A stretch of 64,000 nt of DNA from Botryllus schlosseri (lineage: Eukaryota). Each line of letters opens with the position of its first letter. Within the stretch, counting starts at the first letter, position 1. The stretch is taken from the NCBI GenBank assembly GCA_051294905.1, contig CM119373.1, forward strand, positions 34,038,001-34,102,000, read 5' to 3'. The position numbers and the translations under genes were made by a program. The notes under the pieces were generated by a model that had not been told where the DNA came from, searched no databases, and was given only the letters and a program-made list of their open reading frames with translations. This document shows, one piece after another, positions 45,746 through 57,843 of this stretch.

Positions 45746-47780
45746 GCTTAGGGTGTGATTTTCTTAGAAGAAAATCAAGAAGAAAGAAGAAGAATAAACT
45801 CCAGATTCAAAAAAACAGCTCATTATTGCACCTGTAGCCTCGAGATGAATCTCAAAGCACGAAAAAATTTTCAGTTAAATAATTAGTCAAAAACATTTTG
45901 TACAATGGCAGCACAATCATATACATATTTTGACGATTCTGGTGTCTAATACTAATACGTTTAATTTCTTGGGTTTGGCTCAAGCATACCTGACCAGTGA
46001 CCACTGAGCAGACATGGGGTGATTACTTCGCGAATGTGATCAATTGCGATTAAGACTACTTCCAAAGGAGGGGATTACAGTGGAAAAGTAATCACGAGTA
46101 CATTCATTTTGGTACTTAGAACTTGAGCCTTCAACACATTGGAATGGAATAATTTCAATTATATTCAGGGGTCAAAACCTCTCTCCTTAAAAACCCCTGC
46201 CTTTTAAAATACAGATTCCATCTCCAACATTTGATCGTTCAAGCCCCTGCTTTTCAAATGGGAGACTCTATCTCCCATATTTCATCGCTCATTTGCAATT
46301 TAGAAATGCGAATTATCAGTGCTGCCAATTGAGCCCAATAAATTAATGCTTATCTTGATAAATAGGAAATAAAATTACACCGTTCTCTTTTTTCAACTGG
46401 CTACATACATTCTGATGTATAATAAAATATAGTCAATATCATGAATTGAATCGAACGACTAAAGCACAACTAACAGGCCTCTCACGCTCACTGTGACTCA
46501 GGCAGACTGAGGCCACCTCCCTGGGGGAATTTATCATCAATTGCTTCCATGCATGACCTAATTCAGATGAATGATTGGATTGTATTTCAAAGGTATGCTT
46601 GACACTACATCACCTAACTTACAACAGGTGCATAATTAGCACCTAACAGTTGCACTACTCTTGAGCTATTGTGAGGTTGTCCATGAAGTGCTACTGTAGT
46701 CACATCATAAAATAATAGTAAATACCTGCCTGCCTGCATTACACTATAGGAATATTTAATCAAAATTGTCTTCTTTCGCAGGCGCCAATTATCACAATGG
46801 GCACATGAGACTGAGCAATTACAGAATCTATCACTGTGAGAACCTCACAGTCCAAGAAAATGTCATCATTCAGTTGTTAATTATGCACCCACCTGTTGTT
46901 CACGAGCGGCCTTTGCTGGATGTATCATGGTCAATAACACAAGACTTGAAAAAAACATAAGCCTACCGCTTTCAACTAGCCTTTACAAATCAGTTAGATT
47001 CGAAAAACCTGCGATAAAGAATGTACACATCACTGTTAGTAACTTGCGATGTCATTTCACGATCACACATGCATCAAGTTCATTAAAAGTAAAAAGCACA
47101 AGCAATTAAAGAGGTACTAGATAATTGGGCAGTTGCATATACGTTTACATTACGCTTGCTACACTTTGCTAGTTACGTTTGAAAATTACACAAAACACAC
47201 TGGACATGGCTTGTAACATACGAACATCCAAATTAGATTGTAGAAGGTAATATGCAATGCAAACTATTATTGATACTGCGGATTTTCAAGATATGATACA
47301 TCGACAGCTTCGTTACCAAATGATAAGAGCAAGTATAGAGACAGTTAGGTAATCACAAACTCGTACCTCTCAAGTATTCATGATGTAGCAGAAGTGTCCA
47401 TATATATTTTGCTGTGGAGCTTTTTGTTTGGGCAGTATATATTGCTGAGGGCTGATGTAAAACTTGATGTGCAATTAATAGCTGGAATTGAGTGTATTGC
47501 AGATGCAGCTTTGCACGCACAGCTACGAATTAGTGATCGATACCCCGATACCGAAGCCAGTGCTTCGGTCGCACATTCATCTCCATTTAGACCAGTTGTA
47601 CCCAAACTATTTTGATTCATTGCCGCCTTATCAAACATATCTTTATCGCCGCCCTCCCACCCCTACCCCAAAAAATAGGGGTCATCAATAACCTTATCAT
47701 ATACTTCTACCATTCAGTAGTATCCAACTAGGTTGCAACAATCCATGCAGTTTTACTGGTAGGTCTATACTACTTCTACG

Positions 47781-48350
47781 CAGGGTTGTAACCAAGTCTC
47801 AGGCTCCGAGTCATGAGTCAATCTCACTTCGTTTTGACTCCAGTTAAGTCAAGTCATTTTCAATTCATCACCGAGTCAAGTCAGAGTCCAAGTCAGCTAG
47901 CAGAGGGTCGAGTCCAAGTCATGGTATTATGACTAGAGTCAGAGTCCAAGTCATTGTGTTGACTGCTTAGTTTCCAGTTCAAGTCTTATTAAACCCACAT
48001 TTTATAACTCTGTTATGTTTCACTTAATAATATACTAATTTTCCTCACTTCAGCAGTTTCTGGTCACATTTCCAAGCACCAGTACTAATAGACAAAATCC
48101 CAATAATGTGGTCACTTTACTATTCTTCGAAATTACAATGGCATGTCGGTCCTGGCCATCCGAGTGGTCGAGTCATATGACTTGGCTCGAGTCATGCGCA
48201 CTGACCCGAGTCCAAGTCGAGTCAATACACAGATTGACTAGAGTCGAGTGATTTCCGTATTTTGAAAAAATGACTCGAGTCAAGTCGAGTCATCAGAAAA
48301 TCGTGGTTGTCAAAGGGGGTGATCCATCGACTCGAGTCATCACAACCCTG
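47781..48350. mobile_element. GACTCGAGTC-rich hAT-type MITE, 570 bp
   Basis: Termini CAGGGTTGT / ACAACCCTG; left flank CTTCTACG matches right flank CTTCTACA of the duplicate at 40238-40245 (8-bp TSD). Confidence 0.8.
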
Positions 48351-48352
48351 CT

Positions 48353-49370
48353 TTCACACTCGTCAGCGTCAATTGTCCGCAACTAGTGGAGGATTGGAAA
48401 AGAACATTGTATATCAACAATCGTATCACAAAATATAATGTCACCAGCATGGCATTTCGAATAATCAGGGCGAAGAGAGAGCTTAAGCTTAATGCAGGCC
48501 TACTATTTTTAGATGGTACACAAACTCCTTCTGCAGGTACAGACTTGTTACTTTGATAGAAGTCGACTTCAGGGCACCCAAATGAAAGTGTGAAAGACCA
48601 TTCTGTACAACACGAAATCTGTCGTCTGTCTCGTCTCGATAAGTTTTTCCGCATACAGGATTAGCCAACAAATGCTTACCAATGCCAGAATTTAGCAATT
48701 TCCGAGACGTGTCAAAACTACTTCATGTGGATGTTGCAAATGAAAGATGTCGGAAGCAGCCTACCCAAGTCGTTTTGAAAAGCAGATTTGGTCGAGGGTT
48801 CGCATGCTTTTGGCAGTTAATCGGTGGCGGCTACTTTCGAAATTGCGTTCGCCAAAACGCGTTCGCGACTCAGTTAAAATTACTATTGACGATACAATTA
48901 TAACAATGTATGCAGGACCGCACAAAACAGCATGCCCTCAGATTTATTAGAAAACGCACACACTCGGCGAAAAGCTCACTCTTGACTCATCCCTGAAGCT
49001 TGGTCCAGAATGGGCAAAGGCCATAAATTCTGCAATTGGCAAACATTTGATGGATAACACTGCTTGCGCGAAAAATCATCGATGTACGACAGATTTCGTG
49101 TTGTCGGGAAGGCCGTTCACACTTACATTTGGGTACCTTGGAGCTGAATTTTATCTAATATACGCCACCCAAGTCTGTCTACCATCTACAAATAGTACAT
49201 TGAGCTTTAGCACTCTCTTTGCCCAGATTATTCGAAATTTCATGCTGATGGCGTCATATTTTGTGACACCATTTTTGACATACAATGTTCCTTCCAATTC
49301 ACTACTAGTCCCTGACGAGTGCCAGCCGAAAATATTCGGGTTAATTTCAATATGAATATACTATTCGAAT
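48353..49370. mobile_element. Penelope-like remnant: head-to-head GIY-YIG 3' ends with hammerhead-bearing termini
   Basis: Minus ORF 48489-48698 SGIGKHLLANPVCGKTY...FHL...LYLQKEFVYHLKI and plus-strand NSAIGKHLMDNTACAKN (~49025-49075) match PLE GIY-YIG C-termini. Confidence 0.78.
49307..49342 (+). ncRNA. Minimal type-I hammerhead ribozyme with complete catalytic core
   Basis: AGTCC-CTGACGA-GTGCCAGCC-GAAA-ATAT-TC/GGGTT: stem I 5 bp (2 G-U), G10.1-C11.1, A15.1-U16.1 closing palindromic AUAU loop, predicted cleavage after C49337. Confidence 0.72.
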
Positions 49371-51455
49371 GTAAATATAACAACACACGAAAATACATTC
49401 ATCAGTTACTGTGATGGCTGTTTCACGTTCCCATGACGACATCACACATACAATTAAGGCACACTTACTACAAAACTACCTTCTGCATTTTAAATCATAA
49501 CATGCAAAAAGTAACCAGTTTTACCTAATGTACTGATCAAGCAGTAAGACATAACCACTTCAGCAAGTAGGCCTAGTACAATTAGACACACCCGATATTA
49601 CTGACCAATATCCGTTGCAATTATTCAAGAGAAAATTATCCTTTCATTATTGCTGCATGCAAAACTACAGGAACAATCAACACACGATAGCAGTTATCAA
49701 TCTCTAAGCACACTGCGAAATGGCAGTGCAAGTGGACCGTTCTGGGACGTGTACCTATTGACTTTTCATTACCAATATTGAAATAAATTGTAGCGTGCTG
49801 GGCTTTAGAGAGGTAGACCCACATAATCAATCATACCAGAAATGTTGCCTTTGAGCCGCTTTGGTACCATAGCTTGGCTAAGTGCTAGGGATGGGAGTAC
49901 AAATCGCGAAATCAAAATGCAAAATAATTCTGATGGGTCTGGTCTGAATCAAACATGTTTTAGATCAAATCCGCTTGAACCGCAAGCGCTCATTCAAAAC
50001 ATCGGTATTGCAAGTACTAGCATGGTGTAATTTAGTTATTGAAAAGACTATTCAAAGAGGGTTTCAATTCGATTCGGGTGGGCATTGATGGCGAGTTTGT
50101 CCATGAGCTATGAGCTATGAGCCATGAGTTCTACTAGACGGGACCGTAAACTTTGAAATTCTGCTTCGATAATGTGGATTTACAAGTGGTAGCCACAAGG
50201 GTCGGATAGCAGAGGTGATATACGCACACAATCGTAAAACAGTACGTGCTCTCAAGGACACCTTTACATCAAACAGAGGAACGGTCAAAGCCTGTATCAA
50301 ATTGCGAGCATGAGCAATTGAGCATGTAAATCATTTTAAATCATCATCGATTTTGAAATCAAGCATAGCAATCTTAAGTTAACACAAAAACGAGTAATGT
50401 TGGTGTAAATATAGACTGCAGTGCAGAGTGCACGCAGCACTATTTATGACTATACAAATCCATGCAGTTCATTCCAACAGTAAAACCCAACATCAAAATG
50501 ACAAACAAAAATTAATCAACTCCATTTCGTGCAAGCTGCCCTGTTTGTCGGCTAACGTGGTGGAAAAACATGCTTTTCAATGCAAATTCAACAGTTTCCA
50601 GTGTTTTTCTTGTTTATTCAAAATTACTTGGATAACAGTGCGAAGTAAAATCTGCTGCGCTAAATTTGGGCTCGGCGTTCAAAATTTTGCCCGCATAAAG
50701 TTTCACATGATATATGACAATGACATACATCTACAGAACATAATATGAATCTGTAACGTTTTGCCTCGGGATAGCGGCTCAATAAGTTAGGTCTCCATTG
50801 TCAAATGCGAATAACTCCTTTTCAAATTGCAACTAGGAAATTCAAATATCTACTGAAAATCAGCAAATTTACATCACGATTTGCATCTTAACAGACAGTC
50901 GACTGTTACACCCACAATTTAACAAGGACAGATTAGTATATATTTAGAGCGAGTTCCTACACAATATATTTATAACAATATGTATTTGTTTATTAGTAAC
51001 CACGACAGCTTCGAATCGAGTTCAACTAATTATGAGGCGACAACACTCGAAAGTTCAAATATGTGTTTATATCCGGGAACAAGGTCAATAGTGGCAGTTA
51101 CGCATGAAAAATAATTTTGTGCTTCATGACCATGATTTCAGAGCACTTTGCGACCACGCTGAAGCCTGATCACGGAGATTTTAGATGCTATGACACGACT
51201 AATCGAGGTTTCAATGGGAAGAAGGTATCATAATTGGAGCATGACCAATAATCGGTCTGTAGATAGCAACAAGTCTATATCACACTTTAAAAGAAATATC
51301 GGTATTGGCCTTTCGAGGTTAAAAAATTGTTCATGACCTCAAAACGTGGTAGTAGAGACTCAGAGAACTATAACCTGTGACATCTAGACTGGGAATATAG
51401 ATGCATTTCGTACAGGTTAAAGGTGTCCAATTGCCCATACGCAGCCTTTCAAGTC

Positions 51456-52281
51456 CCGTAATTTTCCGAATATAGTGCGCCCCGATGTATAATACGCACC
51501 CTTAAAATGACGTGTATATTCTGGGAAAAAGCCTGTACCCATGTATAGTACGCACCCTGCATTCGCAGTACATGAGTACATTAATAGTTTCGGTTTAGTA
51601 TTCGATGTTGTTATGTTTTGCGATGTCACCATCAAACAATCATGACATAATGATCGCTAATCGTAATACAATTAACGGCATTGTCTCTTAACGAGAGTAG
51701 ATAGTAGCCAAAGCCTATGAGGTTGGTGACGCGATAGCTCAGGCTAGCGCCACACGACATCTTGCGCACATGGCCTATTACAATTACAGATGCGATTGCT
51801 CAGGCCAACGGGTATGTCGGGTTGGAGATGCGACTGATTACGAAAGCGATTATATCTTGCGCACATGGCCTCTTGTGTAGGCGATTGTTAAAGCCTGTCG
51901 TTGACGCGATGAATCAACAAGGATTGCCGCGCATGCTTGTAGCAATCAGCGACCTACTTTCGCTCGCGTACAAACGGCAAAACAACTCAGCAAGAGATCC
52001 GCGTGCTTTGCAGACGACTCTCGTTAATTAGAAACACGCTTTTCGTTAATTGGCAACACACTTCTCTATTTGGCAGCGCATTACACTCTATAATACGAAT
52101 TACGGGACCCAATGGCTAGAGGTGATGCGCGATTTAAACTAACATGAAGAAAGGTGTGATTTCAAGTTTTTGATCGAGGGATTTTTTTTCAAGGCTTGCT
52201 GTACCCATTTATAATACGCACGCCCCTATTTTAGGGCAAAAAATCGGTAAAATTTTGTGCATTATACATGGAAAATTACGG
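51456..52281. mobile_element. Tc1/mariner (pogo/Tigger-like) non-autonomous element
   Basis: TIR CCGTAATTTTCC / GGAAAATTACGG, TA on the right flank (TC on the left), subterminal TATAATACGCAC repeats. Confidence 0.7.
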
Positions 52282-52599
52282 TACAGTAGTGAATATCATG
52301 TCCAAGAATAGCAATAGGCTGCAAATCCGTTTTGGAGATACATTCCATATCTTTTGAAATGTCGACTGTATATATCAAAATTATCAGTGAAGGGGCTGGT
52401 TATCAGTATTATTGGTATTGACTCAAAAACCTGATCAACTTCTAATCGAAACAATATTGCTAGTTAATGAAAAAACTCTTGGCGGCAGGATTGTATAAAT
52501 TCTTTACTCGATAAAAGCAACTCTTACTACCAGACTCAGAATCGAGTCCATCAATACTACTGAACATCAAGCAGCGTAACAAAGACATCGCCGACATAA

Positions 52600-54591
52600 T
52601 CACCTTGCCCCGCGCGGAACCATGCCCTTCACCCTTTCGACTAAATTCGCGAGTTTCAACGCAGGTCCTAGCTTCATGCTCATATATTTCACCGCGATCG
52701 AGCTATTGATCAGCATTAAAGCGGGGCCGTCTATTTCGTGGATTTGAAACAAACGCACCATCGGCGCTAGCGCCGAATCATGGTCTCGTACATAGTCTAT
52801 GACATCGCCAACTGTCCATTTTTCAGGGTTTCTGGAATGGCCTCGAGGGAGAGTGTCATCGCTAGGGAGGGCTAGGCCGCCGAATGGCCGGACTTCTGAT
52901 AATGCAGAAACGACTGGTTTATCATCGACGGTCGGTGGATTCGTCGTGGAGGACACAGTGTGTGATGATATTTTCTCCGTTGTCGAGTCAGGCGTCCCAC
53001 GGTCTTTACTCTCTGTCGTTTCTGCGTTCGGAGTGAACGCCAACGTCTCCCCCACGTCTTCGGCCCCCTGCACGGAACTATCCGGAAAGTTTGGTGTGCC
53101 GAATCTGGCTAGCTTGTTGTCCGAGGTGACCACGCTTTTCGGAGTCATTAAACGCGAAGGCCAGCCGTCGGTTGCCTTCTTTACGATGTCATCGCGAGCC
53201 AATCCGAACAAGCTTGGCGGCTGGTCTTTATCGGTGAAGCATGAAGATTTGTCTGCCGGAGAATTGGGCAGATTTAAATTCTTGTAGCTGGTAGCAAGCG
53301 GGGTGTCGCTTTGCTGCATTAATTGCTTTTTTGCTTTCGATCCTGCGCTTAGCAATTCGTCCTCTCCTAAAGAAGCGTATCGTTTCCTGCTGTTAGACAG
53401 TCTGCGATCGCGCTGTCGCAAATCTGTACTGTGAGAGTTTGGTTGTTTTATCTCGACTACAGATTCATCGATTTCGCTGTCTTCCGATTCTCGTTTTTCA
53501 GCTGTTTCGTCAGGATTTTCCTCGGAAGAATCAGAGGAATCCTCGGAAGAGACGGACGAGTCGCCCGTTTCAGACTCGGTGACCGAAGACGCGATAAGAG
53601 ATTGAGACGCGCGTGGCTGCGTGAAATTTTCAGAGTTTTTTTCGACGGTTTTAGGCTGTTTCGGTGATTGGTTCGTACGGGCGAGACGCACACGTGGTCT
53701 GTTTCGGGGCGTTTTAGACAGCGCTGGCTCGTATTTCAACGGGATAGCGGGCGTTTCTTGTGATTTTTGAATGTTTCTGTCAGCCTCCGACACATTTTGA
53801 GCGCCGCTACGAGTCTTCCTCCTAGCGTTCTCGGCTATAATTTTCAATTTATCCACCACAACGGGATTATCACCCTTAGAACCCGGATTACTCAAAGGGT
53901 GATCATTTTCCTCACACCAGCCTACAGGAAATAAGTCTCTCGACGTATAGTCGCACCAGTAATCCATAGCTCCACGCCATCCATCAAAAGCTACGAAGAC
54001 TTGATCGAGCTTTGTGTCTCCGATTGTGGCCGGGCATATAAGATACGGGTTTTTACGATCGACGGCTTCTAATTTCATGCCTACTTCGAATAAATTCGCT
54101 TCAGGTGGTGAGGGTTTGGGCAGAAAGCATTCTTTACCGGCTTTTATGCCTTTTTCACGAGTTTTTGCTAAGAACGTGGCCCACGTCGACATGTTTCTTG
54201 TAAAACCGAGCGGAGGTTGTAGTAAGACGCCTTTTTCTTCGTGTGTCCCAAGCGGGAATATATCTTCCGAGTCTATAAGTTTCCAAAAATCATTGCGATC
54301 GTCACCGCCGTCAAGGCGAATCAGTAGACGCGGACCTTGTAACGCCACGACAGTTGCCAGGCATATGGAAGTCGGATTCCTGGGATCTTGAGCTTCCAAT
54401 TTGTATTGCAGTTTGAAATTGTTGACGATTTTATCCGTTTGATTTTGGGTGAAGCAGTGTAACGGCGCCGCCGGAAGATTGCATAGTTGCAGATATTTGT
54501 CCCAGTTGAATCCGTCTTTGAAAAGGTTGACGTTGTCTTTCTTGAGCGAGCGGCGTACTTTGCCGCCACCCGACTTGGCAGTTTGACTCAT
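52600..54591 (-). CDS. Scm: Polycomb Sex comb on midleg (SCMH1/SCML2)-like protein: 2 MBT repeats, disordered linker, C-terminal SAM; single-exon CDS, 663 aa
   Basis: MBT motifs KLEAQDPRNPTSICLATV and KLEAVDRKNPYLICPATIG...FDGWRGAMDYWC...FPVGWC; SAM WTVGDV...HEIDGPAL...KYMSMKLGPALKL characteristic of the Scm family. Confidence 0.9.
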   Translation of the reverse strand: MSQTAKSGGGKVRRSLKKDNVNLFKDGFNWDKYLQLCNLPAAPLHCFTQNQTDKIVNNFKLQYKLEAQDPRNPTSICLATVVALQGPRLLIRLDGGDDRNDFWKLIDSEDIFPLGTHEEKGVLLQPPLGFTRNMSTWATFLAKTREKGIKAGKECFLPKPSPPEANLFEVGMKLEAVDRKNPYLICPATIGDTKLDQVFVAFDGWRGAMDYWCDYTSRDLFPVGWCEENDHPLSNPGSKGDNPVVVDKLKIIAENARRKTRSGAQNVSEADRNIQKSQETPAIPLKYEPALSKTPRNRPRVRLARTNQSPKQPKTVEKNSENFTQPRASQSLIASSVTESETGDSSVSSEDSSDSSEENPDETAEKRESEDSEIDESVVEIKQPNSHSTDLRQRDRRLSNSRKRYASLGEDELLSAGSKAKKQLMQQSDTPLATSYKNLNLPNSPADKSSCFTDKDQPPSLFGLARDDIVKKATDGWPSRLMTPKSVVTSDNKLARFGTPNFPDSSVQGAEDVGETLAFTPNAETTESKDRGTPDSTTEKISSHTVSSTTNPPTVDDKPVVSALSEVRPFGGLALPSDDTLPRGHSRNPEKWTVGDVIDYVRDHDSALAPMVRLFQIHEIDGPALMLINSSIAVKYMSMKLGPALKLANLVERVKGMVPRGAR

Positions 54592-56569
54592 AGCTTTAAT
54601 TTACTTTCTGAGAATATATAAGCACACTGATTAAAAAAGAAGTTTGGTGAATATGACCAGAGCTAAGATCCACATGGGACATTGCTAGAGTCTAGTTAGA
54701 TTTTACTATCGACATACTTACCCGGTTAAAAAGGCGGTTTGGAGAAAGAGGAAGCCAAGAGTCACAAGGGACATTGCTCAGGACTAGTCTACTTGCTTAT
54801 TCATAAGGATATGGCCCTCACTCACACTAAGTAACAAAATATATAAATTGTCCTTGGGGAATAATTGCCTGTATTATGTTTGCCTATCCCAAAAATTCAT
54901 GAAAAATCTTAGTTTAACACGATAACTCCGGGTATGTGTTAAATTATACGGATTATATAATATCATTATAGCTATATTATAGGGTATTTTAACGTATAAT
55001 TAACCATTATTCATTAAGCTTCTGATTTGGCTGAACATTGTCTCAAAACATCATAGAGTCTATCTGAGCCAACATCAATTATTTCAAATGAATTACAAAA
55101 TTATTTCATATGAATTACTAAAGTATTTTTCAAGTTATTGCATGATAAAAACAAGCTGTTTCTGCTCACTCGACCATAAAATTGACGAGCTTATTAAGCA
55201 GACTTGAAATGGTGTTTAAATGAGATATTTCGACCATGAAAAGCTTTTCTTTTTGTTTTGTTGCATAAATTGTTCGGTTTCGAACTGCAGTATTGAGCGT
55301 TCTTCAGAGAAAGCGAGTGATTGTCGTATACATTTTGTCGAAAAATGTTACCGATTCCATTGTAAGACATCACTGTTGAAGTGAAAAACTTGACCCTAAC
55401 CCCAGCCCTAACGACCTCCATCTATAACCCTAACATTACAGTGACTGTCTTCATTCCGCATGTAACGACCGATCTTATCTTGCATGTGACTTCCCTTAAC
55501 GTGCATGTCGGCACTGCTCACAACATCTTCAGATTTAGGATCTAGATAACGAATTTCAATGTTGATAGGAAACATAAAAATTTGACAGTACTGTGGGATA
55601 AAAATTCAAATTTTATTAACAAAAAAGTTGGACATCTTCAGATTTAGGATCTTTGGATATCAAATTGCAATGTTGATATGTAAAAGTAAAATTTTTGTCT
55701 AAAGTTACTATAGGAAGCATATTCTAAATTTGATAGCATAAGAAAAAGGTTAGCTAGCCTACGGTATGCAATTTGGCTTCATTTTGCATTCAATCACACC
55801 AACCTTGTATGAGTTCACCATACACATATAAATTTTTACGGTCTTTGTAATTGGTTGAAGGTTGGGGTGTCGCAAGATTAGGGTTAGGTTGGCGTATCGT
55901 AAAATTGGTGTGGGGGGTCAGAGATAGGTTGGGGTATCGTAGGACTAATAGGGTTGGGGGTAAGAGTAGTCAATGCTCCTGTCCTATGATCGAAAGAATA
56001 AATTTGACATGTTCATAGCGGATCCTGATTGGTGATGGTCATGCCGTTGTGGAAAAGAGTAGACCAGACCCATTGCTCAAGTCCTCGCGATATATTATTT
56101 CAGCAAAACACAGGGGTTGTGCAGCATTGATAGCGCATTGTTGCAATGCATTCAAGCGATGCCAACAGCGATAATTTTCATAATACCAGACACAATTTTG
56201 GAGGTTGAGTCGTCTAATCAGAAGATTAGCTAGAGGACGGTGGGCCTCTAGTACTATACAAGAATTACAATACATGAATAAAAAACTCCTTCAACGCTAA
56301 AGGAGACAATACAGTATCAGCGGACACAGACACATGCAGAAAACAACATACTAAAACACAGCACTATATTAAAACGCACGACACATTAGTGCATTTATTA
56401 TAGCCATGCGGCTGATGCCAGTTACGAAAATATTGATTTTTTATTTTTCCTTATTGAATATACGGTACATTTAAAAAGATGTGGCCAAAATAACTGTCAA
56501 ATCCAGTTGTATGGTATTGTAAGTTTCTGTGTCCTCAGTACTGTACTAGAACTGGGCTGCATTTATGGT

Positions 56570-57680
56570 TGTCGGTGAACTCGGCCCTCGGGAAATTATG
56601 TATTAAAGCGTATGAACAACCATAAATACGAATTAATAAACTAATAATCATATTATCAAGTGATTGGTCGATCTTAGATAGGGAAGAATCACGTGACGTG
56701 GTAGATCTCGCAGTGCGAGAGCCTGATATCGAAGACTCCTCCACGCACGCTACCGGTTCGGTTGCCGGTAAACTCGGCCCTCGGGAAATTTTGTAATCAA
56801 GTGTATTAACAAGTCTTAATATGAATTAATAAACTAATAATGTTATTATCAACTGATTTGTCAATCTTGTAAGGAGGTCAGGGCATGCGTAGATCACGCA
56901 GTCACGGCGTGATCAAATCACGCTATCACGGATTGCGTAAGCTTGGGAGATAACGCGACGCTCACATATCAACCACGCGTGGTCTGCTCGTTATTGCAAC
57001 TGTAGGTTGGGAGTGGGGCATTAGGGTAGGGTAGGCGGGATATTAGGGTTGGGGTGGGGGATATTAGGGTTGGTGGTGGATTAAGGTGTAAGTTGGGGTT
57101 AACGTATCCCAAGATTAGGGTTAGGGGAGGAGGGACATTAGGGTTGGGAGAGGGGGATATTAGGGTTGGTAGTGGGTTGGGGGAGGGGGATATTAGGGTT
57201 GGGGGAGAGGGAATATTAGGGTTGGAGAAGGGTGATATCAGGGTTGGTAGTGGGTTAGGGTATTACAAGATCAGGGTTAGGGGAGGAGGGACATTAGGGT
57301 TGGGGGAGGGGGATATTAGGGTTGGAGGCGGGGGATATTTGGGTTGGTAGTGGGTTAGGGTCAGGGTATCCCAAGATTAGGGTGCCCTGACATGAATATC
57401 CCAAACCATTTCATTTATATTATCGGAATCAGTGCGACAGTAGCTTTTGATCAAGACCAGATTCAGTAAACTCTGCCCTCTGGAAGATAAATTTTGAATT
57501 GTCAGAAATCCTACAGTCGTTGCCGCAAAATAATTCCGAAAATAGCCTCAGCGAAGCTTTAGTTTATTAATTCGTATTAATAGTTGTTTATACGCTTTGA
57601 TACAAAATTTCCCGAGAACCGAATTCACCGAGCGCCGAGTTAGTGAGGACGAGTTCACCGAGGGCGGAGTTCACTGGTAA
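56570..57680. mobile_element. Foldback-like element with long inverted ends and an internal G-rich ATTAGGGTTGG array (~57005-57390)
   Basis: Left unit GGTGAACTCGGCCCTCGGGAAATT...GAATTAATAAACTAA (twice, ~56570 and ~56765) is inverted at ~57558-57680. Confidence 0.65.
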
Positions 57681-57807
57681 TCGCGTTTATGATTGCAGGA
57701 TCAAGTTTTAGACATGACACGTCTATACCTACTATTAGTTACGAGCTTCTTCGAAGTACAGAACTTCAATATACAATTGCATAGTAAAGGCTATTCATAT
57801 TGAAATG

Positions 57808-57843
57808 AACCCGAATATTTTAGGCTGACACTCGTCAGTGGTA
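57808..57843 (-). ncRNA. Degenerate hammerhead motif (G12 mutated) in a PLE terminal-repeat remnant
   Basis: CTGACGA-GTGTCAGCC-TAAA-ATAT-TC-GGGTT on the minus strand. Confidence 0.55.

Larger units (their letters stand above)
41207..49293. repeat. Tandem segmental duplication, copy 2 (~8.1 kb)
   Basis: Collinear with 33991-41198; carries an extra ~1 kb at ~44775-45790 and lacks one arm of the foldback element. Confidence 0.9.

Noticed and set aside
48340-48370. Additional hammerhead (CTGACGAGTGTGAAAG on the minus strand)
   Set aside because: The GAAA comes from the junction with the neighbouring MITE flank; no G10.1-C11.1 pair or stem I.
52799-54391. Plus-strand ORFs (52799-53287, 53431-53667, 54014-54391) as overlapping genes
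   Set aside because: Antisense shadows of the Scm CDS with no domain-like content; the same applies to short ORFs opposite the ZF, Kelch and gag-pol ORFs.
57054-57350. Gly-rich ORF
   Set aside because: Translation artefact of the G-rich repeat array.
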